From Octopus sinensis (lineage: Eukaryota): 64,000 nt of DNA. The stretch spans positions 28,024,001 through 28,088,000 of the forward strand of contig NC_043018.1 in assembly GCF_006345805.1 (NCBI RefSeq), given 5' to 3'. Shown here piece by piece: positions 13,075 through 29,009 of the stretch. How positions within the stretch are numbered: the first letter of the stretch is position 1; each line of letters opens with the position of its first letter. The position numbers and the translations under genes were made by a program. The notes below the pieces were generated by a model. The model was given only the letters and a program-made list of their open reading frames with translations, made no database searches and was not told where the DNA came from.

Positions 13075-13846
13075 GCTTTATACATTGTATATATATATAT
13101 GTTTGTATACTGTATATGTACCATATATTCATTCGACATCCCTTGACCACGTAACAGTTGGTAGTAGGGTGATAGAGGTATTTTTTGTGTTGCCCCTAGC
13201 CGGCATTAATTAGACAGATCAATCCATAATAAATGTCACTCATTCATCGATATCCTTCATTCGTTCCCAGACAATAAAACATAGGTGTCGGTGGCTATTT
13301 TGTACAAACCTGGCTTACCCACAGAACGGTCCCATTCCTAACATTTCATTTGGCAATTTATCATATAACAGCCATCTCAGTATTGTCTTAACTCGTAGAA
13401 CTTATCTAATAAATGATATAATGACTTTTATGATGTTCCTGAGTTCTCCGGAGTGAATGCGAAATTGTGAAAGCGATTAAGAAATTGTTGTAGATGATTT
13501 TTGCTAAGTTTAAAGTTTTATTTATTGTTAGGACTATAGTTTATGACATACTTAATACTAAGTCTATGGTTAGTGTTAGATTTGAAAGTATGGTTATTGC
13601 TAAATTTTACCATTTTACAGATTTTTGTCATGGAACTGCAGCCATTGTATTCTTTGAAGTCATAACATAGATTCAGATCAATTTACAATGGATATAAATT
13701 TTGCTAACTGGGGTCTGCATAACTTAATGAAAGGAATGTTAGAGTAAGAAAATGTGGAGTAACTGAGTCAGCGAGAGAGGAAAGGAACAAGAAAAATAAT
13801 TAGAGAGAAATATTGATAGAAATCGAGGTAGCAGAGAAGTATTTAA

Positions 13847-14076
13847 GCAATGTTTACTTTGACAATGATTTCAGTGTTATTTGGCTACTATACCTAGTAT
13901 ATCCAGATTATTAACACGCCCTAGAATTTAAGTCCAGGTCAATTAATCTCTAGCGTACCTATCATGAAATAACACCCAGCCATGACCAGCCTGCTTTGTT
14001 GTTTATTGTCCATATCTAGAACTATATAATCCAGAGTCACATTTATTTAGTAGAATTTTGTTCCTATTTCCAGCAA
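13847..14076 (+). repeat. About 230-bp direct repeat, copy 1
   Basis: gcaatgtttactttgacaatgatttcag...tagaattttgttcctatttccagcaa recurs at 14710-14925. Confidence 0.9.
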
Positions 14077-14709
14077 TATGATGTAAACAGTATGAAATTT
14101 GTTAGAAAGAAAGGAAGCTTTAAAGTTCCCAGAAATTCATTAGTGTTTGACAAACGTGGATTGGATTTCTACTGAGGTTTCTCCTGAAAATCGAAACCTT
14201 GTTCCTAGGTATCGGTTGACACAGAACCAACATAATTTTGCCGCAGGTGATTCTGTATAGTAAAGTCTGTGATTTTTAACAGCCGTCTTTAGATTATAAT
14301 TCATTCGGATTTTTCTGGCATTAGGTGGACAGTTGATATCTAAGTTTGAGGCATTTGGTGGTCAGTTGATATTCGAGTTCGCGGTTTGAGTTCGAGGTCT
14401 GAACCCGGAAGTTTTATTTGAGATTAGGGCTTGAAAGTGATTCGCAGCATTTGAGCCTGATAACCGGATGAAAAACACTAGACAGATATATTATATACTC
14501 ATCACTTTGATTGCGTTCACCGTTGTGCCAATTGGAATGGGATTTCTTCTCAAAGATGGACATTTCTGTGAGTAGAACTGTCCTGATATTCAGTGTTCTC
14601 ACTATTTGCCTACTCTTGCTGGTTTGTTGTGACTCAGACCAAAAAAAGTAGATCCAGCTTCGACCACTCCGACTTTTATTCAGATAAAATGTATCTAGAA
14701 GTATTTTAT

Positions 14710-14925
14710 GCAATGTTTACTTTGACAATGATTTCAGTTCTATTTGGCTGCTATACCTAGTATATCCAGCTTGTTACCACGCCCTAGAATTTAAATCCAG
14801 GTCATTCAATCTCTAGCCATGACCCAGCCATGACCAGCCTGTCTTTGTTGTTTATTGTCTATATCTAGAACTATATAATCCAGGGTCACATTTACTTGGT
14901 AGAATTTTGTTCCTATTTCTAGCAA
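14710..14925 (+). repeat. About 215-bp direct repeat, copy 2
   Basis: Collinear with 13847-14076, with scattered substitutions and one short indel. Confidence 0.9.
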
Positions 14926-15338
14926 ACATGGGTGACATCTATGCGGGTCCTCTGTTATCGCAATAGCTGAGGTTATGATCATGTGTATGCAAAACAGAAT
15001 ACATATTATTCATTAAAATTTGTGACTGTTTGATCTATGCATGAGATCGTTTTATATAGAAAATATTAATGATTTTTCTTTAAAAACAAACAAGCAACAA
15101 TTTCATCATTCTTTACTCATTAAACTTCTGATAAAATATCATTCAGTTACGCCAATCGTAAGCAGTATATGTATTCTGTATTCTCTCCGTCACCTATGAT
15201 ATATGTGATTGTGTGAGTGTTTGTGTGTGTGTATATAATATATATATATATATATTAGTATATATATATATATGCATGTGAGTATGAGTATATATGTGTA
15301 TGCATATAGTATATATATATAGGTGTATATAATGTATA

Positions 15339-15446
<108 letters not shown>

Positions 15447-15717
15447 ACATCCCATATGAGTGTGACAATGTGTCTATGGGTGAATTGTAACTCGTACGGA
15501 CGCCAGAAGTAATGATTTTGATTCGGATTAATGCCTGTTCATTTGAACTCTTCCGTTATATATTTCTTTTTGTATGAATTCTGCATACATTAGCAGATTT
15601 CCACATCATACCCGTATAAGGAGATAAGGGTATACCTGCAGCAGCATAGTAGCATATGGTAGCCGATAACCGTAGAGAGGCTATGAAATGCACCTTACAT
15701 GTTATAACTTTGAGGCC

Positions 15718-15782
<65 letters not shown>

Positions 15783-16389
15783 CGTGCTATGTGTAAAGAG
15801 AGAGAGGGGAAGAATGAGGAAATAGACAAGTGAGAAAATGGTAGGTTAGATTGTGGGAAGGATAGAATAAATTTCAGTAAGACTGGCAGTGTCACCGAAT
15901 GCCGCCGTTCGGGGCTAGTTGGAAGAGACTGAAGTTTGATGTTTGTTTACATATATATATATGGATGTGGCTTTATGTATACGCTATTTGCTCATATACG
16001 TACATGTATATTTATATATATTATATTATATATATATTATATATAAATTATATATATACATGGATGTATGTATGTAACATATGTATAATTATAAACAGGC
16101 AAATTTTAGCCGTTCTCCGTATGTATGTATGAAAGAATATATGCGTGTTTCCGTATTTATGCAGGCACCTACCAGGGTGGGTTGGACATCTTAGTCAGGG
16201 TGGCAAGACATCTAACCCAGGAGATGGCGAACCCTATTAGAAATGCCAGTGATATGAAAACACCATATACACACATACATAATACATACATACATATATA
16301 TATGCATCTATGTATATAATATATGTATGTTTATATATTTCTTTATATGTATATGCATAAATATATACATATATATATGCATGTATATA

Positions 16390-16427
<38 letters not shown>

Positions 16428-16512
16428 CATTCTTTTATTCTGTCACTTGTCTCAGTCATTTGAATGTGCTATACATACATACATATATATACATACATAC
16501 AATACATATATA

Positions 16513-16568
<56 letters not shown>

Positions 16569-16821
16569 CTGCATGCATACGTACATATATACATACATAC
16601 ATGCACTTGCCTCATGTCTTGAAGTCTTTCAAAGAGACCTTCAGAATGCTTGATTCCTTTCGTCAGTTCTTTGTACCTCTTTGATAGTTTCATTTAGTAT
16701 CATAGTTATTGCTGTTTTTGTTTACGCTGCTCTGGCATTTGCTTGTTTGCTTGTTTTTGTTTTTGCATTTTTTTATTGTTCGTCTTTCTTTCAATTTATT
16801 TCGATATTCCGCCATTGTCGT

Positions 16822-17844
<1,023 letters not shown>

Positions 17845-18186
17845 TTACACAGAAGTAAGTATGAGAACTAAAAACAAAGCCATACGCACATATGTGTATG
17901 TATATATGCATGTATGTATGTATGTATGTATGTATGTATGTATGTATGTATGTATGTATGTATGTATGTATGTATGTATGTATGTATGTATGTATGTGTG
18001 TATGTATGTATATATGTATGTATGTATGCATGTATGTATGAATGCATGTACGTATGTATGCATGTGAATTGTTCGATGTGAACTTGTGTGTGTGTATAGT
18101 ATATATATATTCATGTATATGTATGTAGTATCTATCTATCTATCTATCTATCTATCTGTTTATCTATCTATTTATCTATCCGTCTG

Positions 18187-18237
<51 letters not shown>

Positions 18238-18619
18238 GTAGAACACGTACAGAGATCAGCATTGCATGGGACTGCAAAAATTTCTTTACAGGGTTCTTGG
18301 AGGATGACCAGTAAACAAGTGTCACCTTAGTCTGGTGGCTGTGGACAGCTGACACCATCATACCGAGAAGAATAAGCTGTGAGTTTTCATCAAATAATAA
18401 CAATAAATTATTTCTTTTATTGGCCACAAGGGCCCAAGACATCGAAGAAAATATTGAAGGACGCGTAACAGTACACAAAACAAGCAGAAAGACATACACA
18501 TAGAAAATCCAGGAATGGAGGCGATGTACGATATTTATTTATTACGATGGTTTCCACAACAGATGGTTCAGAAACACCATAAATATAAATGTCTGCGTAA
18601 TATTCTTTTCAAGTTTTGG

Positions 18620-18800
18620 CACAAGGCCAGTGATTGCGGGAGAGGAAAAAAGTATATTACATCGACTGCCAATTATTTTATCGCCCCGGAAAGATGAAAA
18701 CATGTTGATCTGCGCGGGATTTGAACTCAGAACGTTAAAGACGGACGAAATTCCGCTAAGCATTTTCCCCGACGTGATAATGATTCTATCAGCTCGCCAC
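18620..18800 (-). mobile_element. SINE family B
   Basis: tttgaactcagaacgttaaagacggacgaaat..gattctatcagctcgccacc. Confidence 0.8.
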
Positions 18801-19005
18801 CTTGAATGACTATGCAATATTATTGCATGTTACATGTTATCCGTGTTCATGTGGTCAGAAAACAGATTCTTTCACATTACATATTAGGTAATGTCGTTCA
18901 TGTAGATTGCACACCCACTTGCGCGTTAATTTCACGAGCAAGCTGTTCCGCTGATCGGATCAATTGGAGCCGTAACCGACGGAGTGCCAGTTGTGTGTGT
19001 GTGTG

Positions 19006-19059
<54 letters not shown>

Positions 19060-19420
19060 TGTATTTATGTATATATATATATATATGTATGTATGTATTT
19101 ATGTATATATATATATAATTATTAATATTTTAGGGAATAAAATCCAAAACTTACAAAACAAAAATTCAATTTAGATATACTAAATCAAATTTAACACAAT
19201 ATCATATGTATAAAAAAAATTAGTAAAAATATCACATTTTATCAATTCAAAATGAGCAATTAAATTACACCATCTAGAAAATTACATATGTTAAAAATAT
19301 TAACATTAAAATGTTATTATTTAATGTTAATATTTTTATTATATGCAATTTTCTAGATGGTGTAATTTAATTGCTCATTTTGAATTGATAAAGGTGTTTT
19401 TTTTCTAATTATATATATAT

Positions 19421-19456
<36 letters not shown>

Positions 19457-19615
19457 ACGGGAAGCTTACGAAAATAAACAATTGTATTAGTATGGCACTC
19501 AGGAATAGAAATAAAACATGTCTTTTACGTTTCGAGCCTACGCTCTTCAACAGAAAGATACACAGAAAAGAAACACGGAGAGAAACAAGGAGATATATAA
19601 TTTTAGCATTATCGA
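19457..19615 (-). mobile_element. About 160-bp (TA)n-flanked element with non-canonical hammerhead-like motif (19521-19558)
   Basis: Minus strand TCTTT|CTGTTGAA|GAGC GTAG GCTC|GAAA|CG|TA|AAAGA; homologous to 38563-38721. Confidence 0.65.
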
Positions 19616-20644
19616 TGCCACATATAATGTACGTGTGTTGCTAAACGCAGACTGAACACGTTTAACAACGCATATTTAATATGTGACATCGGTAACGTGT
19701 GTGTGTGTGTGTGTGTGTATGTCTGTATGTGTGTGTGTTCATGCATATATGGAAGCTGACTGAATACTCAAAGGACAGAAGAATCACAGTTTAAATAAAG
19801 CACCAAGAATCAAATTTTAAACATCGAAAGCATACGTACACTCGGAGATGCATTAATAAACATATACCCACATACACCTGCACACTTAAACATACACTGA
19901 CACACATATGCCGAACAAACGCACACAAACATACACACTTCTCATGTATAAACATCAATACATAGATATAAGCATTGATGTTATATACACTCACTCACTA
20001 TCGTTACCTCGTGTAGAATCAGATAGACACGTCCATACATTTGGACAACTGAATGCACATTGCATTTCGAGTGATTATACGCCTTAACACATGACAATAC
20101 CGCAAAGAAATTTCCCCTTGAATCCCCAAAGTTAGAAAGCAAAAGAAAGAAATTCCACATTTCTTCCTTTTTCTTTATGTACCCTTATTCTCACCCATTT
20201 TGTCTCCACACGATATGTCTCCTTCTCTCGTTGTTTATTTACAGACGCACAAAGAACAAGACAGTAAATTGAGGACATCATATCTAAAACCAAACTACAA
20301 GCAGTGCAACACACATACCCACACGCACTCTGACAAATGCACACATCAGACAAAACACAAAGCAGAAAAGGCGAGATATACAACAGACGACAACACACAG
20401 GGTTTAATAACTGAAGTAAACTAAGAACAATGTATATTTATTGAAATACACAATCGTTGTATCAAAATTATGTACAAATCATCAAACATCTCAGATTGGG
20501 AAAGGGAAAAAAAAAGCAAAAACAAAAACAAAAGAAGCTAAAATGATATAAATACGATCGTAGTAAATACAGAAAACACACACATACACACACACACACA
20601 TACACACATATACACACACACACTCACACACACACACAAAAGAC

Positions 20645-21670
20645 GCGGGGAGCAAGATCGGATAATAGGGTGGGTAATAAGCGGCGTCACGACTTTTTTA
20701 GTCAAAAAATGTCTCACACTCCAGAGAGTGTGCGCAGGTGCATTGTCATGTCAAAACTACCTCTCTTTCACTTTGCTACAGCTCGGGACGTTTTCGTCTC
20801 ACTGCATCTCACAAACGCTACAGAACTGCTAAGTAAAATGTCTAGTTAAGAGTTTGGCCAAAAGGAACAAACTCTGTGTAGACAATTCCTTTCGCATCGA
20901 TGAAACAAATTCGCATCGTCTTCACATTGAACTTTGATTGAAGCGCTATTGTTGGTCGTGCTTCCATTGACTTGATTGTGGCTTTCTTTCTGGGTCGCAG
21001 CTGTAGTACCAGCTTTCATCACCATTCATGACCTTCAGAAAATGCTTCGGACCAACTTCCAGCTGTTCTTTCAGTTCACGAGACGCATTTAGTCATGACT
21101 GCTTTTGATCTTCCTTGAGCAAGCGAGACACAAATTTTGCTGCAACCCATTACTTTTGCAATTTCTCGCTCAAAATTCGTTGGTAGGAGCTCCAGGACGC
21201 ACCAGTCATACCAACAATTTCCTCAACTGTTGGTATGACTGACGGTCCTCCAAGATCAGTTCCTGAATTTTTATTAAGTTTTCATTCGTTCGGAGGGGTC
21301 GCCGGTCTCCCTGAATGAGATTGGCCCTCAAGCGACAAATGACAGTTCCTAATGCGTAAAAACAACTCATAAGCTTGTGTTTTGCTCACGGCAGCGTCCG
21401 TGTAAGCTGTTTGAAGCATGACAACTATTTCGGACGCCATTTTGCCCAGCAGAAAACAGAATTTCAGAAAACAGAAGCACGCTGTTCCTTTGTTTCAGCC
21501 ATTGCAAAACAAAGACGCGCCATGTGGCAGTACGACTCCACTCGACGACGCCTTTCAGCAGACTGATGCCTGAGGGTTGCATTAAGTAGCTTCAAGCGGC
21601 GAAAGTCTGAACTACAACAGGCTTGCTCCACATAGAATGTTTCCTGTTACTTGTGGGTAACCCCTCGAAT
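20645..21670 (-). mobile_element. Decayed mariner DNA transposon, 3'-truncated at a (CA)n tract
   Basis: ATG 21503 MAETKEQRA..FCFLLGK..MLQTAY..SGRP; KFVSRLLKEDQK; KVMNGDESWYYSCDPERKPQSSQWK; VKTMRICFIDAKGIVYTEFVP; HDNAPAHT..FLTKK; SDLAP. Many stops and frameshifts. TIR-like TA|TTCGAGGGGT at about 21670. Confidence 0.93.
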
Positions 21671-22313
21671 ATGACAAAATTGCAGTGCGATAAACAGGTT
21701 AGACATGGATTTCACAATACAAGTTCAGCACAGACTTTCTCTCAACTGAAGATTAATGCAAATTTGGCGCATTTTAGAACAGGACGAAAAGTTCTTGCTT
21801 CAGCGAGTCCGAGTTTGCTGACAAGACAGGACAACAGCTAGCGTAGTAAAAGGCTAAGTCGAACTAAATACAGGAAAAAGTTAAGATACAGATTAAAGAG
21901 TTGGGTCTTTAAAGAAAAGTTATTAAGAACGAACTGGAGTCAATGATACGGTATATACATACATACGTGTATTTGCACACGAACATATATATGTACAACC
22001 AAGCATATATCCGTGAGAGTTTCCATACATTTGAACGTATATGCGTGGCATACAAGGACATATATACGCACATGTATATATATATATAAGCATGTACATA
22101 TATATATATATATACGAACACAAACATATACATACATACACTCACACACATATATATGTACGTACATACATACGTGTATTCGTACTCAAACATATATATG
22201 TGTAACCATACATATATCCGTGAGAGCTTCCATACATTTGAAGTATATGTGTGGCATACAACTACATATATACGCACATGTATATACATATATGCATGTA
22301 CTATATAATATAT

Positions 22314-22345
<32 letters not shown>

Positions 22346-22816
22346 ATATATAATATATATATACATATATATATATGTATACATATATATACAATACATA
22401 ACCACGCATACACACCTACATACGTATATCCCTTCTGTTTCAATATGTATACCTAGCTGCTATCTCACATTCACATGTGTATGTATGTATGCATGTATGC
22501 ATGTATATACGTACGTATGCGCGCGTATATACATATATGCATGCATGTATGTATGCGTGTCAGTGTGTACTTGTATGTACGTATACACATGCACACATGA
22601 ATATAAAGAAAAATCATTTAAGTATAGTGAATAAAGAATACCCTACAATTTGTTTTAAATCTGTTTATTTTTGTCACTGCTGTGCTTTTTATTGTTGTTG
22701 CCGTTGTTGTTGCTGTATTCTATCTACTTAAAGCTATTTCTATACGACAAAATGTAACCAAGTAACCTTATAATACCATCATGTGTTCCTTGTGACGAAG
22801 GTGTTTACACAAGCGA

Positions 22817-22880
<64 letters not shown>

Positions 22881-23040
22881 ATGTATGTATACACAAATAT
22901 ATATATATATATATATAATATATATATATATATATACGTATATATATACGCATGCATACATATATGTGTATATATTATTCATAGATAGACATATATATAT
23001 GTATATATGTATATAAACATATGCACATATATATATATGC

Positions 23041-23072
<32 letters not shown>

Positions 23073-23155
23073 GTATATATGTATATATATCGTATATATA
23101 CATATATATATATATACATAAATACGTATATATATATACATACACATATTTACTA

Positions 23156-23189
<34 letters not shown>

Positions 23190-23899
23190 GAACACAAACA
23201 CATACCCACACACACACATGTATATGTACATACGCTCACGAACACAGACACAGACACTCACACACTGACGCTTACATACACACTGACGCTCATACACACA
23301 CACACACACATACCCACATGTTGTTTGAGTAGATCTGGCATTTAGTCAAAATACATACAAGTGCCATCCATTTAGTTTAGGTGCAAAAGGTAGATAGCTT
23401 TAACCATTGTTAATGTACGTCCTATGCCGACATGTTGTAGGGAGAAATGTTACATCGACGTCTCCGTTATGTTTCAATGTGAAGCTAAGAATAATTGCTC
23501 TGCGTCTTGTTTTTGGTTTCTTCCAATATGGCCGAAGCGTTAAGTGCCATATGGTTTTTTTTAAGCATTTTCGAATGTGAAGGCTAACCTTTAGATAGCT
23601 AGAGCACCTAACCCTAGTCGTGTGTGTATGTGGGTGTTTGACTCTGTGTGTGTGTATGTGTGTGTCAGTCTGTATGCGAGTGTGTATGTGTAGGTTTGTA
23701 TGTATGTACATATATCTTTATAAACTCACTTTCTCTTTCACACACAAACACCCACTTACACTCACACACATATATATATATATATATACACGTACACACA
23801 CATACACACACGCAATGTACACATATATATGCACTATATACATACATATATATATATATACACATGTATAAGGTATATTTGCATCTATCTATCTATCTG

Positions 23900-23946
<47 letters not shown>

Positions 23947-23970
23947 CCCCCACTCTCTCTCATATATATA

Positions 23971-24008
<38 letters not shown>

Positions 24009-24477
24009 TGTACATTTAAATTTTGTTTTTTTTTTGCGAAAATATGTCGAGTCGAAGTTTGTCCGTTCTTGTGGAGCCTTAGCATAGTAATTTTCAGTGA
24101 TTGGTTGCGTGTAGGATTTTTTCTCACTGTTGTGCTGGCTTTACAATTGTTTGCCATTACAGCTTTCCGATTTATCTCAGTTTATATCGGATATATATAT
24201 TATATATATAATATAATATATTAATATAATATATATATAATGGCTCTATCACTATATATATATATTCCACCTTCCTCAGGAATTCGCTCATAACTGTTCT
24301 AGGATAACTCGGTATTCTAACAGCGAACCGTGTTACACTTATCACAGATTGAGCAGTGATATCACGGGTTGGCTATCGGTCGAAGATTCTGCTTTGACTG
24401 CAAAAATGCGTCCCAGTGATTCATCCACAATATAAGCTACGCAGTTTGCCTTGGTGATTACTTGTCTTTATATAATT

Positions 24478-24775
24478 TCCTTCTCCAGCCACGCCTAGCT
24501 CATAAGGGCCGGTCTCCCGGTTTCCTTAGCGTATAGATTTCCCACCTGGACGGGACCCCGGTCCGTCGCAGGTGAGCTGCAAGATGCAGGAGGATAGAGT
24601 GAGAGAAAGTTGTGGCGAAAGTGTCAGCTGAAGTTCGCCATTACCTTCTGCCGGAGCCGCGTGGAGCTTAGGTGTTTTCGCTCATAAACACACACATCGC
24701 CCGGTCTGAGATTCGAACTCGCATTCCCTCGACCGCGAGTCTGCTGCTATAACCACTAGGTCATGTACCTCCACC
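24478..24775 (-). mobile_element. SINE family D (tRNA-derived)
   Basis: Near-collinear with 46652-46950; minus-strand head cctagtggttatagcagc..gagttcgaatctc. Confidence 0.85.
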
Positions 24776-25266
24776 TCTTTATATGATTGTACAGTGAGTC
24801 TGCATACGTTTCTTAGATGGATTTACTGATCAACATGGCACCAGGGGACGCAATAAACACAAAGCGCCTGACTCTTTCAAGCGATGCAGATAAATGAATT
24901 CGCTACAGCAGAGATGATCTGGAAAATACTTGGTACTGGAAATTTAGCTGAAATGAGCCCGAGAGTTTAGAGCTAATGAATCTACATTCGTTTCATTAAC
25001 AAAGTGCGTGGAGACGATTCATTTACTACTGTTATTTTTTCGCACTATGCATTTTGTCCGACGCGCTAACGATCTTGCCAGCTGGCTGCCATATTATGTC
25101 TAAATAATAAAAGATGGGGAAAACATCCAAACGCTTTGGATCATTGGTCTGTTGGATCTAGATTAGCCAGGAACTAGACAACAGCATCACGAAAAACATC
25201 ATCACCAGCATCATCCTTATGCTTCTCCTACTCCTCCTGACCATCATCGTATTCTTCTTCTTCTTC

Positions 25267-25321
<55 letters not shown>

Positions 25322-25537
25322 ACAACAATAACAGCTGCAACTACAACAATTATCACAGCAGCAGCAGCAGAGGCATCTGTAACTGAAACAACAGCAATTT
25401 GATGCAACGAAGGAGTGTGTAAGGGGGTACACGATCTGCTAGAAATAACTGCCAAGTTTCTCTAAACATCACAGTCAACTAACTTTAAAGGGAAATGATA
25501 TATTGGGTAACGCTGACAGAGATCAGCTACGTCAGAG

Positions 25538-25578
<41 letters not shown>

Positions 25579-26117
25579 GAGAAGGCCACAGCTGGAATAT
25601 CTAAATATCTTTGGTTATAGGTTGATTATAATAGGGAAAGACCTGGGGCTATAAAGCTACCAAAAGGCTATTAAATCCAAGACATTTTGATGACGATGAC
25701 GCCACCAGCGACGTCGACGACGATGATCATGATCATGATCATGATGATAGCGACAAGCAAAGGGAATGACGATGATGGTGATGAAGATGCTGGTGGTGAC
25801 GATGACGACGAGGATGATGATGACGACGACGGCGACAGCGAGGAAGACAACGATGATCCTGATGCGGGCTACGTTAGACGAACCTGTCTAAGTCGCCTTT
25901 ATTATTGTTGTTATTGTTGTTGTTGTTGTTACTGTCATAATTGATAATATCTTTGTAAAACTGACGAGTAAAAAACATATACAAAAACACTTCAAAAAAG
26001 AAAAAAAAACAATAACAATAATACAAACTAGAAAAAAGGGAATGAAACAAGAGCAAAAGCAACAACAACAGCAACAATAACGATGATAATAATAAGGATA
26101 ACAACAACAGCAATAAT

Positions 26118-26430
<313 letters not shown>

Positions 26431-26588
26431 ACATCTATGGTATTATTAATAATGCTGATAATAGCATAATCAAAATGGCGAACCGTGGGGATAAAAACAG
26501 AGGGAAAAAATTATGGAGACAAAATGGATGAGGGAGAGAAAAAGAGAAGTAGAAGAAAAAAAAGGAGGAAAGAAGAGATAGAAGAGGG

Positions 26589-26621
<33 letters not shown>

Positions 26622-27060
26622 GAAGAGAGAGAGAGAAATTATGGAGGAAAGAGAGAAAGGGAAAAAAATGACTTTCGTATTTACGGGCGTAGTTGTCATA
26701 TCAGCTTTAATTTCTGCATGTGATGCGCAGTCAAATACAGATGGCACTGCGTGCACTCTCTATGCATGTGCACGCATGCACATTCACATACACACATACA
26801 CACACACATACACACAGACACGCGGACACACAGACACAGGGAAGCATACACGTATACACATATCAAAATGTACACAGACGCATACCCTCACATACACACG
26901 CATGTAGACATATATGTTACACGTGTATGTTTACTGGAAAACCCTAATAACGATCTCAATGAACCAGTAAACTGGGTAGACAGAGTTTGGGGGAAGCATA
27001 GAAATTCTATTAATCAGCCGTCAATTGTTCGTGCATCTGTTTATATACATATATATATAT

Positions 27061-27289
27061 ATCTGTAAAATAATATGTGACAATTATTCAATAGCCAAGA
27101 TAAAACTCTGAGTTTCGGATGCCGAGGTGGAAATCCACAACACCATATCTTCGGTTATATGGCATCCGAAACTCAAAGCTTTATCCTGGCTATTGAATAA
27201 TTGTCACATATTATTTTAGAGATAAATTTCCTCTATTTACATAATATTGAGTTCTTTTTCTTTCTTTTGTTATCTTACCGTTTTTACCA
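27061..27289. mobile_element. Tail-out palindromic Penelope-type element with hammerhead-like motif on the minus arm (27100-27158)
   Basis: Arms aaaataatatgtgacaattattc..gagtttcggatgcc / ggcatccgaaactc..gaataattgtcacatattatttt. Minus: ATAA|CCGAAGA|..GGCATCC|GAAA|CTCAGAG|TT|TTAT. Siblings at 42542-42761 and 62160-62292. Confidence 0.75.
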
Positions 27290-27312
27290 ACATATATATG
27301 TGTGTATGTATA

Positions 27313-27343
<31 letters not shown>

Positions 27344-27611
27344 GATATATATATATATTATATATATCAAAATAAGCAACAATGATATCCAGAGGTAATG
27401 CAGTACGATCGTTTCATGCGACTCCTTTTAATTGAACAATGAAAACATTACATAAATTTAAAATGTAGAGTAAACTTCAGCTGCATAAAAATATAGAATT
27501 TATTTAAATTCGAAGGACTCATTTGTATAATTTTCTTTTTACCCAAAATCACCAAGAGGATAAGGAAATAGACAAAGAACATGTTTTACCAACAACATCA
27601 TAGTTGTAACA

Positions 27612-27773
27612 GCGATCCCTGCTGTACTCTTTCATCACAGCTTTACCTCACTCTTTCTTCTGTTGGCATGCTCGCTTAGCTAGCGGGGTGGAGTCATTGA
27701 AGGCTAAAGCAATGTGAAGCGCATTGTGACCAGCGATGTGTAGCAACATCTGTTGGCCTGGGCGGTCACGTGA

Positions 27774-27775
<2 letters not shown>
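27612..27775 (+). mobile_element. SINE family D variant, 3' fragment
   Basis: ccctgctgtactct..cgcttagc..gtcattgaaggctaaa..gtagcaacatctg matches 36613-36918. Confidence 0.75.
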
Positions 27776-27822
<47 letters not shown>

Positions 27823-28164
27823 GGGGGGAGAGAGATACACATTTGTGTGTAACGACTGTCAATATGAACCCATACTTTATAGGAATAGGAAGAAGAAAAA
27901 GAAGATTACTATCACTAGCAACAACAAAAATAAAGAAACAATGACAATAACCCTTGAAGCAAGCAAAAGCAGAAAAAATAGAAAGAAAAAGCGATATTTT
28001 GTTAAAAATGTTCCTAATGTCTCAAGATATTTAATAGTTATATGTTTTTAGATATTTCAAACTTCGTTGTTCAGAAATTGCTGAACGTATATCCCTAGAT
28101 ACTTCGACATTAACACGTAATGACACCAACGTGTCATTGATGATGCTAAGGCGACAAAGTGTCA

Positions 28165-28360
28165 AAATGGTTAGCTCCCCGGGAAAAATGCCTTGCGGCA
28201 CTTCGTCCGTCTTTACGTTCTGAGTTCAAATTCCGCTGAGAATGACTTGGCATTTCGTTGTTGGAGCTCGATAAAATAATTACAAGTTGAGCAGTTGGGT
28301 CGATGTATTCGAATTACCCGCTCCTCCAGAAATTGCAGGCCTTGTGCGAAAATTTGAAAT
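28165..28360 (+). mobile_element. SINE family B
   Basis: ttcgtccgtctttacgttctgagttcaaattccgc..tcgataaaataa..ggtcgat. Confidence 0.75.
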
Positions 28361-28519
28361 TGATATGCGATGATAATGGCGTTAATAATTATTAGTCTGG
28401 TAAGGGTCATTTCGTTATTTGTTGCAATCAACCTTTCAAATATAATCGAATTACCAAATGATCGATATATTGTAAAGATGAAGACCGACAGAATCGTTAA
28501 GTATATCGGACAAAATGCT

Positions 28520-28899
28520 TAACGGCTTTTCTTTCGGCGGTCATGCTGGGGCACTTGCCTTGAAGAATTATTAGTTGATTGAATCGGCCACAGTACCATT
28601 TGTTTAAGCTTGGTACTTATTCTATCGGTCTCTTTCGCCGAAGCGCTAAGTTACACGAGGGTAAGCACACTAAAATCGGTTGTAAAGCGGTGATGGGGCA
28701 CAAACGCAGACGCAGAGAAACACAAACACATGAATATATACGACGGGTTTCTTACAGTTTCCGTTTACCAAATTCACTCACAAGGTTTTTTGTCAGCTCG
28801 AGGTTATAGTAAAAAGATACTTATCGAATGTGCCATGCAAGGGGACTGAACCCAGGAACCCTGTGGTTGAGAAGCAAATTTCTTACTACACAGCCACGC
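28520..28899 (-). mobile_element. SINE family A, near full length
   Basis: tacttattctatcggtctc..cagtttccgtttaccaaattcactcacaagg..gggactgaaccc..cacagccacgc. Confidence 0.85.
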
Positions 28900-29009
28900 A
28901 AGTTATGAGTTCAAATCATTTCGAATTAAACTTAACCTTTCAACACTTCGAAGTGAATAAAAAGGAGTACCAATCAAGTCCAAGGATCAATATAAAGCGG
29001 TTCAAAGCT

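Noticed and set aside
13851-14924. LTR or TRIM element (repeats begin TG and end CA)
   Set aside because: No PBS, polypurine tract or TSD, and homology extends beyond the TG/CA boundaries.
15659-15700. CCGATAA...GAAA-TGCA hammerhead-like string
   Set aside because: U16.1 is absent, the core is doubly changed and the base of stem II is unpaired; indistinguishable from chance.
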